A stretch of 64,000 bases of DNA from the IMG/VR virus record IMGVR_UViG_3300010163_000014, positions 26,237 to 90,236 of that record; one strand, given 5' to 3'. The notes beneath the pieces were generated by a model that searched no databases, was not told the DNA's origin, and saw only the letters and a list, made by a program, of their open reading frames with translations. The first letter of the stretch is position 1, and each line of letters starts with the position of its first letter. Position numbers and translations under genes: made by a program. This DNA is from a virus (lineage: Duplodnaviria; Caudoviricetes). Below, piece by piece: positions 48,750 to 58,229 of the stretch.

Positions 48750-49237
48750 TCGATCCAAACCAAAATCCGACCTATGATACCGCGTTATTATCATCTCAGG
48801 TTCTTACCGTACTCATTCGCAAAGAGCAAGCCTGCCTCAATAGAGTTGCTGGTCTAAATGATGAGCTTAAAGTCCCCATTAGAATTACAGGTTTTGAGGA
48901 AAAATATACCAGATTCTGTGAGGCATTGGATGAATTAAAAACGGCTATTTTAAATCGTAGGGAGGGATTCGATACTTTTACCAGATATCTGCCTGAGATT
49001 CATGCCGAAAAAGGATCTGTGTTAGATGATGCTTCATGTAAAGCAATTAAAATCTATGAAACTACTAAACGCCATTTAGAGGAATATCATATCTTATTTA
49101 ATACCTATAGGATGATATTGGTATCCAGCTATGGCGTTAAGGATTATTATACGCAGACTGAAATTATTGATTTTACAATGGATCATAATCTGACACTGCC
49201 GGCAGGTGTTGAGAAGTATTTCAAACGGTTTTCCTGA
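48746..49237 (+). CDS. Helical hypothetical protein; paralog of the previous gene
   Basis: ATGA overlap; shared C-terminal motif. Confidence 0.65.
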   Translation: MIDPNQNPTYDTALLSSQVLTVLIRKEQACLNRVAGLNDELKVPIRITGFEEKYTRFCEALDELKTAILNRREGFDTFTRYLPEIHAEKGSVLDDASCKAIKIYETTKRHLEEYHILFNTYRMILVSSYGVKDYYTQTEIIDFTMDHNLTLPAGVEKYFKRFS

Positions 49238-49260
49238 TCGTTTCATATTAGCGATAAGAT

Positions 49261-49300
49261 AAAAGAGGGTGGTGGGGTTTGTCCCACCACCCTCTTTTTT
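49261..49300. terminator. Bidirectional terminator
   Basis: AAAAGAGGGTGGTGGG/CCCACCACCCTCTTTT. Confidence 0.85.
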
Positions 49301-50147
49301 ATAGTTTAGACATCAAATTACGAATCTCTCTCCTGTAATTGAGCTCAGGAGCAATAAAGATTCGACCTTCTTTGGTATTCATTGTGACCATCTCAGACTC
49401 AGAATCATAATAGGCAGATTCCAGAGCAGGATCCAGATTATCCACAGCTCTACGAATCTTATCAGAGTGCTGAGTCATAAAGTCAGTGAAAGACTCCATA
49501 ACCACTTCGAAGTTGTCCCTCGTAGTGACCTTTTGTACCGGGATATTGAGATCTCGATAAGCTTCCTTATGAGAAGGAAGATACACGCGATCGTAGCAGA
49601 TCATTCGACCAGGACCAATGACATCAATGGTACCATCGGTATTCTTCCTCTGGGGAACTAGAGATCTCAGAGACATAGCAGGATCAATACCCTGCTGAAT
49701 GTTCTTCATAAACCGACGACCAGGAGAATTCTCACCCTCATCAAGGGTTTCTACAGTTCCATATAGAAGCTGAGGACCTCTCCACTCCAATGCTATAATT
49801 CGATGAGAAGTTCGAAGAGGATCAATTGTACAAATTCTCTTCAAGGACCACTCTCGATCATTGGTAGGAAGAGGATGACCAGCCTCACCTACAAAACTAC
49901 CATGCTGAATTAGTTCCTGAACCTCGGGGCTTTCCGACATTTTTTTGATTTGATCAGACTTCCACAGACGGCCATTGCGGTTACGCCCATAAAAACTCTG
50001 CAGACAACATGAAAATCTGACATAGTGCAGATCATCATTGAATACCTGCAGAATCTTTGTATCAGGGTTCTCGGGGGTAGTCTGTTCGCATACGATATAA
50101 TAGTCTGTATATTGATCTTGGTACATAGTACCAGCTCTTACAGTCAT
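49299..50147 (-). CDS. Prohead (head maturation) serine protease, T4 gp21/phiKZ gp175-like
   Basis: GEAGHP; TSHRI (His); AMSLRS (Ser); CYDRVYLPS (Asp); late-type AACA-N6-TA at 50194-50205 (minus). Confidence 0.85.
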   Translation of the reverse strand: MTVRAGTMYQDQYTDYYIVCEQTTPENPDTKILQVFNDDLHYVRFSCCLQSFYGRNRNGRLWKSDQIKKMSESPEVQELIQHGSFVGEAGHPLPTNDREWSLKRICTIDPLRTSHRIIALEWRGPQLLYGTVETLDEGENSPGRRFMKNIQQGIDPAMSLRSLVPQRKNTDGTIDVIGPGRMICYDRVYLPSHKEAYRDLNIPVQKVTTRDNFEVVMESFTDFMTQHSDKIRRAVDNLDPALESAYYDSESEMVTMNTKEGRIFIAPELNYRREIRNLMSKL

Positions 50148-50249
50148 ACCATTTTCACCTCGTATTTCTAGACGTTGACGAATATCGATGTATTATTCAA
50201 ATGTTAGTTCAACCCCTAGATAATTCGAGATGTTAAGGAGGTCCTGTCA

Positions 50250-50777
50250 ATGAAGACTAGGGAAGTTCTGGATTTTGCGGTCAATCCATGGCTAGGATGG
50301 ATGGAGCAAGTCGCAGAACTCAAGGTGAAAAACATCATTATCTCTGATGCCACTGGCTATGATATGAAGAATCCTAGTGATGTATCTAAACTGATTTTAT
50401 CACCTGATCGTTATATCATCTCATTTAATTGGGATAATAATATGGTTGACATCCTCGGATGTCTTCAAACTGATTGTCTGGACCGACAAGTCTGTCTTGT
50501 CACCAGCTATAGAGCTCCTACTGAAGATGAGAAGGAGTATAATGTTATTATCTATGTGAAGAGTGAGGGTCATACCACTCTTCACCTTCATGATGTTGCG
50601 GCTGAAGATGGTTTGCTTGAAACCATGTTTCATTGCTATGATGCCACTGCTAAAATGAGAGAAGATACTAATCTCGAATTTGGTTGGATGTGGATTCATT
50701 ATGAGATTGAAGGTAAGAAATTTGAATTCTTTCATGATACTGAAATCAAGGAAGGTGGATTTGCATGGAAACCGTAA
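50250..50777 (+). CDS. Hypothetical protein (175 aa)
   Basis: AAGGAGG RBS. Confidence 0.7.
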   Translation: MKTREVLDFAVNPWLGWMEQVAELKVKNIIISDATGYDMKNPSDVSKLILSPDRYIISFNWDNNMVDILGCLQTDCLDRQVCLVTSYRAPTEDEKEYNVIIYVKSEGHTTLHLHDVAAEDGLLETMFHCYDATAKMREDTNLEFGWMWIHYEIEGKKFEFFHDTEIKEGGFAWKP

Positions 50778-51421
50778 AAGAACAGAATGGGTTTCAAAAT
50801 AACTTCAATCATCTGATTGAAAGGCCGGAAATTGATATTTTTGATTTAATCATGAGATATCGAGAGATGTATGCAGTTCAACATCCCGGAATTTGTGATA
50901 GAACTCCAACCTTTACCTCTATTCATGATTATATCCTTACCACAGATGAATTGAAATGGCTCTGGAGTAAATTTCGTCCTGGTAAGGAAATGCCTCGGAA
51001 ATATTTCAATGTCACTCTGTGTGGTAGTACAAAGTTCAAATATGATTTTGAGGCAATTGAGAGAGCTTTTTCTCTTGCTGGTGCCATCGTAATCTCAGTT
51101 GGCCTATTTGGTCATGCAGATAAAGAATATGAGAGTGTTATTACTACCGATGTAAAATCTATGCTGGATGATGTACATAAGCAGAAGATTGATATGGCTG
51201 ATCTTGTGGTAGTCGTTCACTCTGATTATATTGGAGAATCCACTCAAAATGAGATCAATTATGCACGTTCTCAAGATAAACCGATCGTCAAAATTAATGG
51301 AGATTGGAGTTATCAACTTAGTGATGTAAGGCCTCCAGTTGGAAATCTTCCTTCTGGACTAAGTGAGTTGTGTAAGAAAATGCATGATTATTTGACATCT
51401 AAGCCTTCGAAGGGAGGATAG
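50765..51421 (+). CDS. Nucleoside 2-deoxyribosyltransferase-like Rossmann-fold protein
   Basis: TLCGSTKF...G.IVIS.G.FGH...HKQKIDMAD.V.V...YIGEST..EI.YA...KPI. Confidence 0.6.
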   Translation: METVKEQNGFQNNFNHLIERPEIDIFDLIMRYREMYAVQHPGICDRTPTFTSIHDYILTTDELKWLWSKFRPGKEMPRKYFNVTLCGSTKFKYDFEAIERAFSLAGAIVISVGLFGHADKEYESVITTDVKSMLDDVHKQKIDMADLVVVVHSDYIGESTQNEINYARSQDKPIVKINGDWSYQLSDVRPPVGNLPSGLSELCKKMHDYLTSKPSKGG

Positions 51422-51427
51422 CATACT

Positions 51428-51937
51428 ATGATTTTAAAAGACTTTATAGAGCAATTTATTGCTCCAAATACGCTCATTAGCCTATGGATCCCTTATAGGG
51501 ATGCAAATGGATCTTATCATAAAGAACTGACATCCAATTATCAAATCTATACTACATATGATCATATGCCGGTACCAGGTGTCGATCCTATTAGTCTAGT
51601 ACCGTTCTCTCAGCCTAAACCGATGCAAGAGTCATCTATGTCATGGGAAGTCACCAGTGCAGAAAATGTTAATACTGGTGATTTTTCATATGTGTATGCG
51701 CACTGTGAAGTGATGTATATCACTGATATTGTGCGTGAAACTGAACTTGGTGCAATTAATATTGTCATTGAAGGTACTCCTGAAGTAGTTGCAATGAATG
51801 AAATTCTGAATCGATCTGTTGTGGAAAACAAGGCAAATCCAAATATCACAATTCTTGATAAACCGCCTATACTTCCATATTATCTTAATGGAGAGGAAGA
51901 ACATCCAAATTCTAAATCAACTAAGGAGGAAAATTAA
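51428..51937 (+). CDS. Hypothetical protein (169 aa)
   Basis: GGAGG RBS. Confidence 0.65.
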   Translation: MILKDFIEQFIAPNTLISLWIPYRDANGSYHKELTSNYQIYTTYDHMPVPGVDPISLVPFSQPKPMQESSMSWEVTSAENVNTGDFSYVYAHCEVMYITDIVRETELGAINIVIEGTPEVVAMNEILNRSVVENKANPNITILDKPPILPYYLNGEEEHPNSKSTKEEN

Positions 51938-51939
51938 TT

Positions 51940-52470
51940 ATGTCTGTCGTTTTAGCGGATTTCGTGAGAGATTTTGCAATTCCTGCTTATGATGGTTATC
52001 CCAATTTCAGGCTTTGGCTTAGAAAAGATGATAGGTGTATTCTTCTATCTTCAAAATACGATGTCATCTATACAGATAGTGATAAACTTTCCACTATCTT
52101 ATTTCCTCTAGAGGACGGAATAAGTACTGCTTTTAATTCATATGACCTGTTATCTGATACTAGTGGCACATTCGCAAAGCTCTATTCAAAATGCTTAGTT
52201 AAGGGTATCACGACAATTCCATGCAAAAAAGCACTTGCAGAGAATGCCGTTATTTCTGACAAAGATATGCAGGCAATCGATATTGTTTTACTTGATTCCT
52301 GTAACTCTATCGAATATACAAATCAGCTTTTGAATAGTGAATTGAAAGATCTTTATGATCGTAGTGTATATGGACTTGGGAAAGATGTATATCAAGCTCC
52401 AGTTTTTACAATTGATATGAGAAAAAGAAGTGAAACTAAGGAAGAGGGTGATCAAAGTGGAGAGACGTGA
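51940..52470 (+). CDS. Hypothetical protein (176 aa)
   Basis: AAGGAGG RBS. Confidence 0.65.
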   Translation: MSVVLADFVRDFAIPAYDGYPNFRLWLRKDDRCILLSSKYDVIYTDSDKLSTILFPLEDGISTAFNSYDLLSDTSGTFAKLYSKCLVKGITTIPCKKALAENAVISDKDMQAIDIVLLDSCNSIEYTNQLLNSELKDLYDRSVYGLGKDVYQAPVFTIDMRKRSETKEEGDQSGET

Positions 52471-52786
52471 GAAACGTAAAGTCGTTACAACGATAGTCGA
52501 AAAAGAAGTTCCCGTTGAAATAATCTGTGACGGATGTCACAAGATGTTGGATGGAGTCAATGTCGGTCGAGGTGATGGATTTAAAAATCATGATGAAATG
52601 TATTATCATGTAACTAGACATCATGAGGACTGGGGAAACGATAGTTATGAAAGTTATGAGTACTCTGACTATTGTCCAAAATGTCTTCATCAGGCATTAG
52701 ATGAATATATGAAAGATCTATCATTTACAAAACATATGGAAATTGAATGTAGATTTCCTGAAATAAAGGGAGGATTGGGTCAATGA
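52430..52786 (+). CDS. Small zinc-finger protein (probable GTG start near 52457)
   Basis: ICDGCHK...YCPKC. Confidence 0.6.
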   Translation: MKLRKRVIKVERREKRKVVTTIVEKEVPVEIICDGCHKMLDGVNVGRGDGFKNHDEMYYHVTRHHEDWGNDSYESYEYSDYCPKCLHQALDEYMKDLSFTKHMEIECRFPEIKGGLGQ

Positions 52787-53655
52787 ATATCAGTCATGTT
52801 GGAGACGGCTCTGTGCAGTTACTTGCTGGTGGTGGTCGAATCTATTCTGAAGCTGTAGCTCATTTTTGCCGGTCTGAGAAGAGTGTCGATGAGATCATTG
52901 CAGAGCCTTATCTGAAGAATCTTCTGAAGGATCTGATTGAATCCAGGCATAAGGCTGCTCTGGAATTTGATCGCTATATTTTTGGTGTTTCTGGTTATGC
53001 CAGAGTCACCGAAGTTCAGTTGGTTCGGAAGCGTTTGGCTTCCTATATGATCAAGAGTGGTCGTCCTAATTTTGGTGGAAAGCGTCAATATAATGTCGTT
53101 CTTCCCAAGAGTGTTATGGACATTGCCACCACTCATTCAGTTGAATTGGATCGGATTTATATTGAGGGAGAAAATGGTGTCAGTGAAAGTCTTATCAAGT
53201 ATATGCTCGATAAAGACTGGGGAGATCAGGTTGTTGAGGATCTGACTGGTAAGAATACCTTTATCTGCCTGGATACCATGGAGATTCTTGATATCCTAGA
53301 GAGCTGGTATACCTCCGGTATAGATGAACAGATTCCTGAGGAGGAGCTTCGTTATATGAAGCCTCAGGCAACTGAGTTCAGGGCTGCCATTATGATGAAT
53401 GCTGCTGGTCTGTATGACTGGTTCCAAATTCGTATGTGTAATCGAGCTCAGACTGAGATTCGAGATCTTGCTACCAAGATGTACAAATGTGTCATGGCAG
53501 TACATCCCGATATCTTCGAGAGTATGGGTCCTGCTTGTAAGGTTCTCGGTTATTGCCCTGAATCTCATCAGTGTGAGCAGTTTAAGGGTAAGATTCCCAC
53601 TAAGAAGGAAGCTCTTGAACTTATTCGTACACAATATAATCCTGATATACCCTAA
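52783..53655 (+). CDS. thyX: Flavin-dependent thymidylate synthase, divergent
   Basis: H.A.LE, QLVRKRLASYMIKSGR (RHRx7S variant), RY..PQAT, R.C.RAQ.EIR.LA, GP.C...GYC.E. Confidence 0.8.
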   Translation: MNISHVGDGSVQLLAGGGRIYSEAVAHFCRSEKSVDEIIAEPYLKNLLKDLIESRHKAALEFDRYIFGVSGYARVTEVQLVRKRLASYMIKSGRPNFGGKRQYNVVLPKSVMDIATTHSVELDRIYIEGENGVSESLIKYMLDKDWGDQVVEDLTGKNTFICLDTMEILDILESWYTSGIDEQIPEEELRYMKPQATEFRAAIMMNAAGLYDWFQIRMCNRAQTEIRDLATKMYKCVMAVHPDIFESMGPACKVLGYCPESHQCEQFKGKIPTKKEALELIRTQYNPDIP

Positions 53656-53669
53656 AAGGAGATCTAACC

Positions 53670-54299
53670 ATGATTACTTTATTAGAATCTCTCTGTATGA
53701 TATGTGCAGATCTTAGATATTTGCATGAAAGTTGCGCCGATGTTACAATTCGCACTTATCCCAACTCCAAACAGCAACCGATGGAGTTTTCATTTATTTT
53801 GAATGCTGCTATTATCAGAAACCCAAGACTTAATCCCGTTCTTATCAAACATTTACAGGATCGGCATTTTTCTCAAAAATATCTAATGTATGCCACCTAT
53901 GAGATTTATCAAGCTGATACTGGGTTTGAGATTTGGATCGGAGACCCAACTGATGCTCATACTTTTCTGAATTCGACTATCTCTTATATGCATCGATTCA
54001 ATCCTGAATCTCTGGTAAATGCAATGCAAACCATCTATTCTCGATATAATCGTTCGGTTGAGTTTCGTAAAATGAATCAATATTCTGATACTGATATTTT
54101 GTGTTGCTATAATTCTGATACAAATCCTGCAACTGCTACCAATATTATTGATATCGCTGATGTTAAGAATATTGGTAAATCCGATGATTCTAAAAGTTAT
54201 CCCTATCTATGTATGGTATGGGTATCTTACCATATGGATGTCAATGAAATTGAAGTCACTGCATATATTGAAGAAAAAGAGAGAACTGAAATTAAGTAA
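53670..54299 (+). CDS. Hypothetical protein (209 aa)
   Basis: AAAGGAG RBS. Confidence 0.65.
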   Translation: MITLLESLCMICADLRYLHESCADVTIRTYPNSKQQPMEFSFILNAAIIRNPRLNPVLIKHLQDRHFSQKYLMYATYEIYQADTGFEIWIGDPTDAHTFLNSTISYMHRFNPESLVNAMQTIYSRYNRSVEFRKMNQYSDTDILCCYNSDTNPATATNIIDIADVKNIGKSDDSKSYPYLCMVWVSYHMDVNEIEVTAYIEEKERTEIK

Positions 54300-54329
54300 A
54301 ATGACAATCCAGTAATAGGAGGTGTTGTT

Positions 54330-54809
54330 GTGAATACACTTGCTACAATACTGGATAAAATCATTGGTGAGCAGGCTGCGGCCAGTAAGTCTCATCCAGA
54401 TTGGGTATTCAACATTAAAGTCTTTCATGAGAATGATCTAGTTGGTAGTGTATCTGGAAATGATACCACAATCAATCCTAATGTACTAGCTCAAAACATC
54501 GATATTCGATATTGGGATTGGAATGTCAATGACATCTCCCAGTATCATTCCACATATACGTTGGAAATCACAAAGCCGAGTGTTCGGAGACATTTTGATC
54601 CTCATGTGACCAATATCACACGTTCGATGCAAGAGTTCTATGTCAATGTGGAGACAAATGAAATTGATAATAAGCCTCCAGAGGATACAGCCTCAGAGGA
54701 GATTGATTATATCTATCATTGGATTATTTGGAGCAGTCTGAAGAATCCAATTGTGAAGCATTTCTATCGTAAAAGTATTCGGAAAGAAGATAGACCGTGG
54801 AATCACTAA
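54330..54809 (+). CDS. Hypothetical protein (159 aa, GTG start)
   Basis: AGGAGG RBS; hairpin at 54790-54831. Confidence 0.6.
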   Translation: MNTLATILDKIIGEQAAASKSHPDWVFNIKVFHENDLVGSVSGNDTTINPNVLAQNIDIRYWDWNVNDISQYHSTYTLEITKPSVRRHFDPHVTNITRSMQEFYVNVETNEIDNKPPEDTASEEIDYIYHWIIWSSLKNPIVKHFYRKSIRKEDRPWNH

Positions 54810-54851
54810 GATTCCACGGTCTATTCTATTTTATAAGGAGGTTATCCATTC

Positions 54852-55433
54852 ATGGGATATGATATGAGTTTCATTATTGAGCAATATAAAGATGGTAAAT
54901 GGGAATTTGTCACTTCTGATGAATATGGAAGAAATTCTGAACTATTTGCACTTTTAGCAGGGTTATATCCCGGTGATATGCATTCAGCAACTTCTGGGTT
55001 TCAATATCGGCAATTTCCAGATGATATGTCTAGAGAATCAAAATCCATTACGAACGAACAATTCGAATTACAATGCGTTTCTAGATGTGGGTATGCTACG
55101 TTTAAAGAACTATTTGATTGGATTAATTTCAATAGTGCATTTGTTCGTAGAGGATGGGTAACCCAGGAAGAAATAGATATGATGGATTGGGATACTATTC
55201 CACATAGAACGAGTCAACCGTATAAAATGGATGGAGAAAATGTTTTAATACCAAGAGTTCCGGATGATAATTATATTGAAATGCTCTATGTTGTTAATTC
55301 AACGAAGATTGGGATCTATGATAGTTTAATTGAAATTATCATGAGAAATATTCAAGAAAATTTCGATGCTGAATATACTCTTGAAGATATTAAGAATCGA
55401 CTTGATCTTAGATTTATCTTTTGGATAGGATAG
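54852..55433 (+). CDS. Conserved phage hypothetical protein
   Basis: MG.D....E...GKW...RN..LFA.LAG...PDD.S pattern, common in phage proteins. Confidence 0.65.
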   Translation: MGYDMSFIIEQYKDGKWEFVTSDEYGRNSELFALLAGLYPGDMHSATSGFQYRQFPDDMSRESKSITNEQFELQCVSRCGYATFKELFDWINFNSAFVRRGWVTQEEIDMMDWDTIPHRTSQPYKMDGENVLIPRVPDDNYIEMLYVVNSTKIGIYDSLIEIIMRNIQENFDAEYTLEDIKNRLDLRFIFWIG

Positions 55434-55471
55434 AAGAGGGAGAACAATTTCATTCTCCCTCTTCTTTTTTA

Positions 55472-55483
55472 GACATTTTAGTA
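55472..55483 (+). promoter_or_regulatory. Putative late promoter GACA-N6-TA
   Basis: GACA TTTTAG TA directly after the terminator at 55432-55470. Confidence 0.45.
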
Positions 55484-55515
55484 ATCAAATCATATTCTTA
55501 CGAGGAGGTACTAAA

Positions 55516-56256
55516 ATGAGTCTATATAATCTATCTTCCTTTATGACAAAATTAAAAGAAGATATGGAAATAGCAGATCTACCACTCCCTGTATCTGATG
55601 AGAGAATGGTGCAACGATTTGAGAATTCTGCGCTGAAAGAATTCTCTCAAAGATATCCCTTTAAGGACTACTTTACTTTATCCCCTAGCTCAGTAATTGA
55701 TAAATCAATGCAAGGAGCAATTGGAGCCATTAAGTATCGTATTCCAAAGAGTGTCTATCAAAACCGAACCATTATTGAGGTCTATGGGATTGATGTTGCA
55801 AAAGGTGGAGGATTTGCAGATTTCTATATGCCTACCACCAACTTCATGTCTCCAGTATTTGCACTTGAGACTGTAGCTGATATTCAACTGGCTGCCTCTA
55901 TGGGCACTCTGATGAATCATGCCCCAACCTTTAGGTTTATGAAGCCAGATATTCTATATATCTACAATGGGTGGGCTGCTGGTGATTTTATTGTAGAAGC
56001 TGGATTCAGTCATGATATTAGTTTAGCTACAATCCCTGATACTGCATTCACCCATCTATTTTTACTCGCTCAGTATGACATGGAAGAATTCCTCTATGGA
56101 AAGTTGAAGAGAAAGAATAACATGGATGGTGGTTCTGTCCAAATCAATCTTCTATTAGATCGATGGGAAAACTCTGGTCAAGCTAAGAAAGACCTACTCA
56201 AACAATGGGATGATGAGGGAGTTAACCTTGATAACGATTCTATCCAATACTTTTAA
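55516..56256 (+). CDS. Putative virion neck/head-tail connector-like protein
   Basis: Monocistronic, with a late-type promoter; size and pattern (..L.EFS...P..., G.V.I.L....W) reminiscent of neck proteins. Tentative. Confidence 0.35.
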   Translation: MSLYNLSSFMTKLKEDMEIADLPLPVSDERMVQRFENSALKEFSQRYPFKDYFTLSPSSVIDKSMQGAIGAIKYRIPKSVYQNRTIIEVYGIDVAKGGGFADFYMPTTNFMSPVFALETVADIQLAASMGTLMNHAPTFRFMKPDILYIYNGWAAGDFIVEAGFSHDISLATIPDTAFTHLFLLAQYDMEEFLYGKLKRKNNMDGGSVQINLLLDRWENSGQAKKDLLKQWDDEGVNLDNDSIQYF

Positions 56257-56307
56257 TATGATAAGCAATAATGCGATGATAAAGTCGCATTATTGCTTAT
56301 TTTTATT

Positions 56308-56317
56308 GATACATTAT
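56308..56317 (+). promoter_or_regulatory. Putative early promoter GATACATTAT
   Basis: Motif after a terminator and upstream of 56371. Confidence 0.5.
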
Positions 56318-56370
56318 TTTGATGAAAGCTCAGAACCAAAAAAATATGATATTTTGGAGGAGATATCCAC

Positions 56371-57096
56371 ATGAAACTAGTAGAAATACTACATAACATG
56401 GAGTGCTATTGCCAGTTGCAGATTTCACCTAAAGACTACAGTCATGATCCGCTGTTAAGGCCATCCTTTTCTGAGAAGATCAAGTTAATTATTGAAGTCT
56501 ATCATCTGGATCAACTAATCAGCACTATCTATATTAATCCTATGTCAGACTCGGTTGCAAATATCCCGGCTGAATACCTCCAATATGATGTGGAAAAAAT
56601 GATCAGTGTTGCGGATGAGAGAAACCCCACAATAACGATTGTTATCCGCAAATCAGTTCCTGATAAAACCATTGGTCAAATGATTCAAACAGCATTTGAC
56701 CATATTACATCATATGGGTATACAGAGCAACTGCAAGCAATTCAAGATAATCCGGATCTTAGTGCATATCATCATATTTATATTTCCGTAACCTCATTCT
56801 ATTCTATGAAGTATATTGATTCCTTATCATTCTATGGTATCAGTGGTCCCAGTTGGATGTATTACTATCCTAAAGAGTACAATCATGTCAAAGGTGGATT
56901 TGTCTGGTATAAATATCGTCAAAATGGAATGATCTATGAATGTGCTGTACATGTTGCTGATGAATGTAATCAGTATTTGTCTGATGATGATGTCAAGTAC
57001 ATGAAACGGAAGTATCTTTTTAATACCAGAATAAAACCGGAAAGAGAGTATATCTTTAAATATCGTTTCAGAAAGAAGGATCAAAAACATGAATGA
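56371..57096 (+). CDS. Hypothetical protein (241 aa)
   Basis: GGAGG RBS. Confidence 0.65.
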   Translation: MKLVEILHNMECYCQLQISPKDYSHDPLLRPSFSEKIKLIIEVYHLDQLISTIYINPMSDSVANIPAEYLQYDVEKMISVADERNPTITIVIRKSVPDKTIGQMIQTAFDHITSYGYTEQLQAIQDNPDLSAYHHIYISVTSFYSMKYIDSLSFYGISGPSWMYYYPKEYNHVKGGFVWYKYRQNGMIYECAVHVADECNQYLSDDDVKYMKRKYLFNTRIKPEREYIFKYRFRKKDQKHE

Positions 57097-57328
57097 TTCA
57101 TCTATATTTGGAGGATTCCGAAGAGGGTATGAATACTCTGAATTTCTTCCGAAATGCTTGGACTCTGACCTCAATTGTCTCTATAAGCTCAATGGAAGAT
57201 GCTGCATTAATGCTGCTAATAAAATCTATCCGGATAAAGTTCCCTGTCTTCCTCTTGCAAATAAAATCGCATTTCCAAATGCAATCAATATCGCAGATCT
57301 GATGGGATATGATGGGAGTGTTGGATAA
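57089..57328 (+). CDS. Small Cys-containing protein; paralog of the next gene
   Basis: MN....FGGF...C...C.Y..N.RCC. Confidence 0.6.
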   Translation: MNDSSIFGGFRRGYEYSEFLPKCLDSDLNCLYKLNGRCCINAANKIYPDKVPCLPLANKIAFPNAINIADLMGYDGSVG

Positions 57329-57329
57329 C

Positions 57330-57560
57330 ATGAATGAACCAGCCATGTTTGGAGGGTTTCAAGCTGGAAAAGATGAATGCTCTGAACATACTTTTCAGTG
57401 TGACGGTTACGGTAGCTGTGCTGGATGCATCTATAATATCAATGACCGATGCTGTTATAATGTAGCCAAAATTCAAATTCGTATATCAAGAGCCTGCTAT
57501 GAGGAACTCAGACAAAATGAAATTGAGGATGAGCTCGATTATTTGGAGGGGATGGGGTAA
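57330..57560 (+). CDS. Small Cys-containing protein; paralog of the previous gene
   Basis: MNEPAMFGGF...C...C..C.Y..NDRCC; start placed at 57330. Confidence 0.6.
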   Translation: MNEPAMFGGFQAGKDECSEHTFQCDGYGSCAGCIYNINDRCCYNVAKIQIRISRACYEELRQNEIEDELDYLEGMG

Positions 57561-58136
57561 ATGTATCTTACGTTCAAGCAGATGATCGATTGGGGTTTTA
57601 AATCCTTTCTGAAAGACTGCAAGATCTATCGTGAAAGTGAGCCGAATCGTTCGTGCTTCATTGAGTTATGGGTAAAAGACGATACCTGCGATAGTCTTCG
57701 GAAAATCGGGGAGATTTTAGTACGCCCCGATGTTATTCAGAAATATCAAGATGACTTTCATGCAGTAGTTTCCCATATGTGCCGCGGAATTGATCCCGTC
57801 AAGGAATTTCGCAGCTATTACTGCTATAGAATTACTGTGAATAACGGATGGATGGACCCAGATACTCCGCCCAAAGTCTCAGTGGTATTGTGCAGTCCTG
57901 ATTCCAAGAATATTGAGGGGAACTTTCTGTTCGGTCGGACAGAGCGATTCGAAGTACTCACAGGTATCTCCACAGTGTTTAACTACGGGAAATGGATCTA
58001 CGATGGCAAAAAGTTCGAACCGGCAGAAAGCTGTAATATTGTACCACGTGCGAATACTCATTATATCCTGGAAATACTCTATCTTTATCGGGATAGCACA
58101 ACCGCTACCGTTTACTGCGAAGAAGAGGGAACTTAA
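57561..58136 (+). CDS. Hypothetical protein (191 aa)
   Basis: Follows the upstream stop directly; ends inside the terminator at 58121-58155. Confidence 0.65.
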   Translation: MYLTFKQMIDWGFKSFLKDCKIYRESEPNRSCFIELWVKDDTCDSLRKIGEILVRPDVIQKYQDDFHAVVSHMCRGIDPVKEFRSYYCYRITVNNGWMDPDTPPKVSVVLCSPDSKNIEGNFLFGRTERFEVLTGISTVFNYGKWIYDGKKFEPAESCNIVPRANTHYILEILYLYRDSTTATVYCEEEGT

Positions 58137-58229
58137 CCGTTCCCTCTTCTTTTTTATCATTTTACAACTAAGCCAACGAACTCTCTAATAATCGTCTAGA
58201 AAAAATACTTTTATTCGAGGTGATTATTA

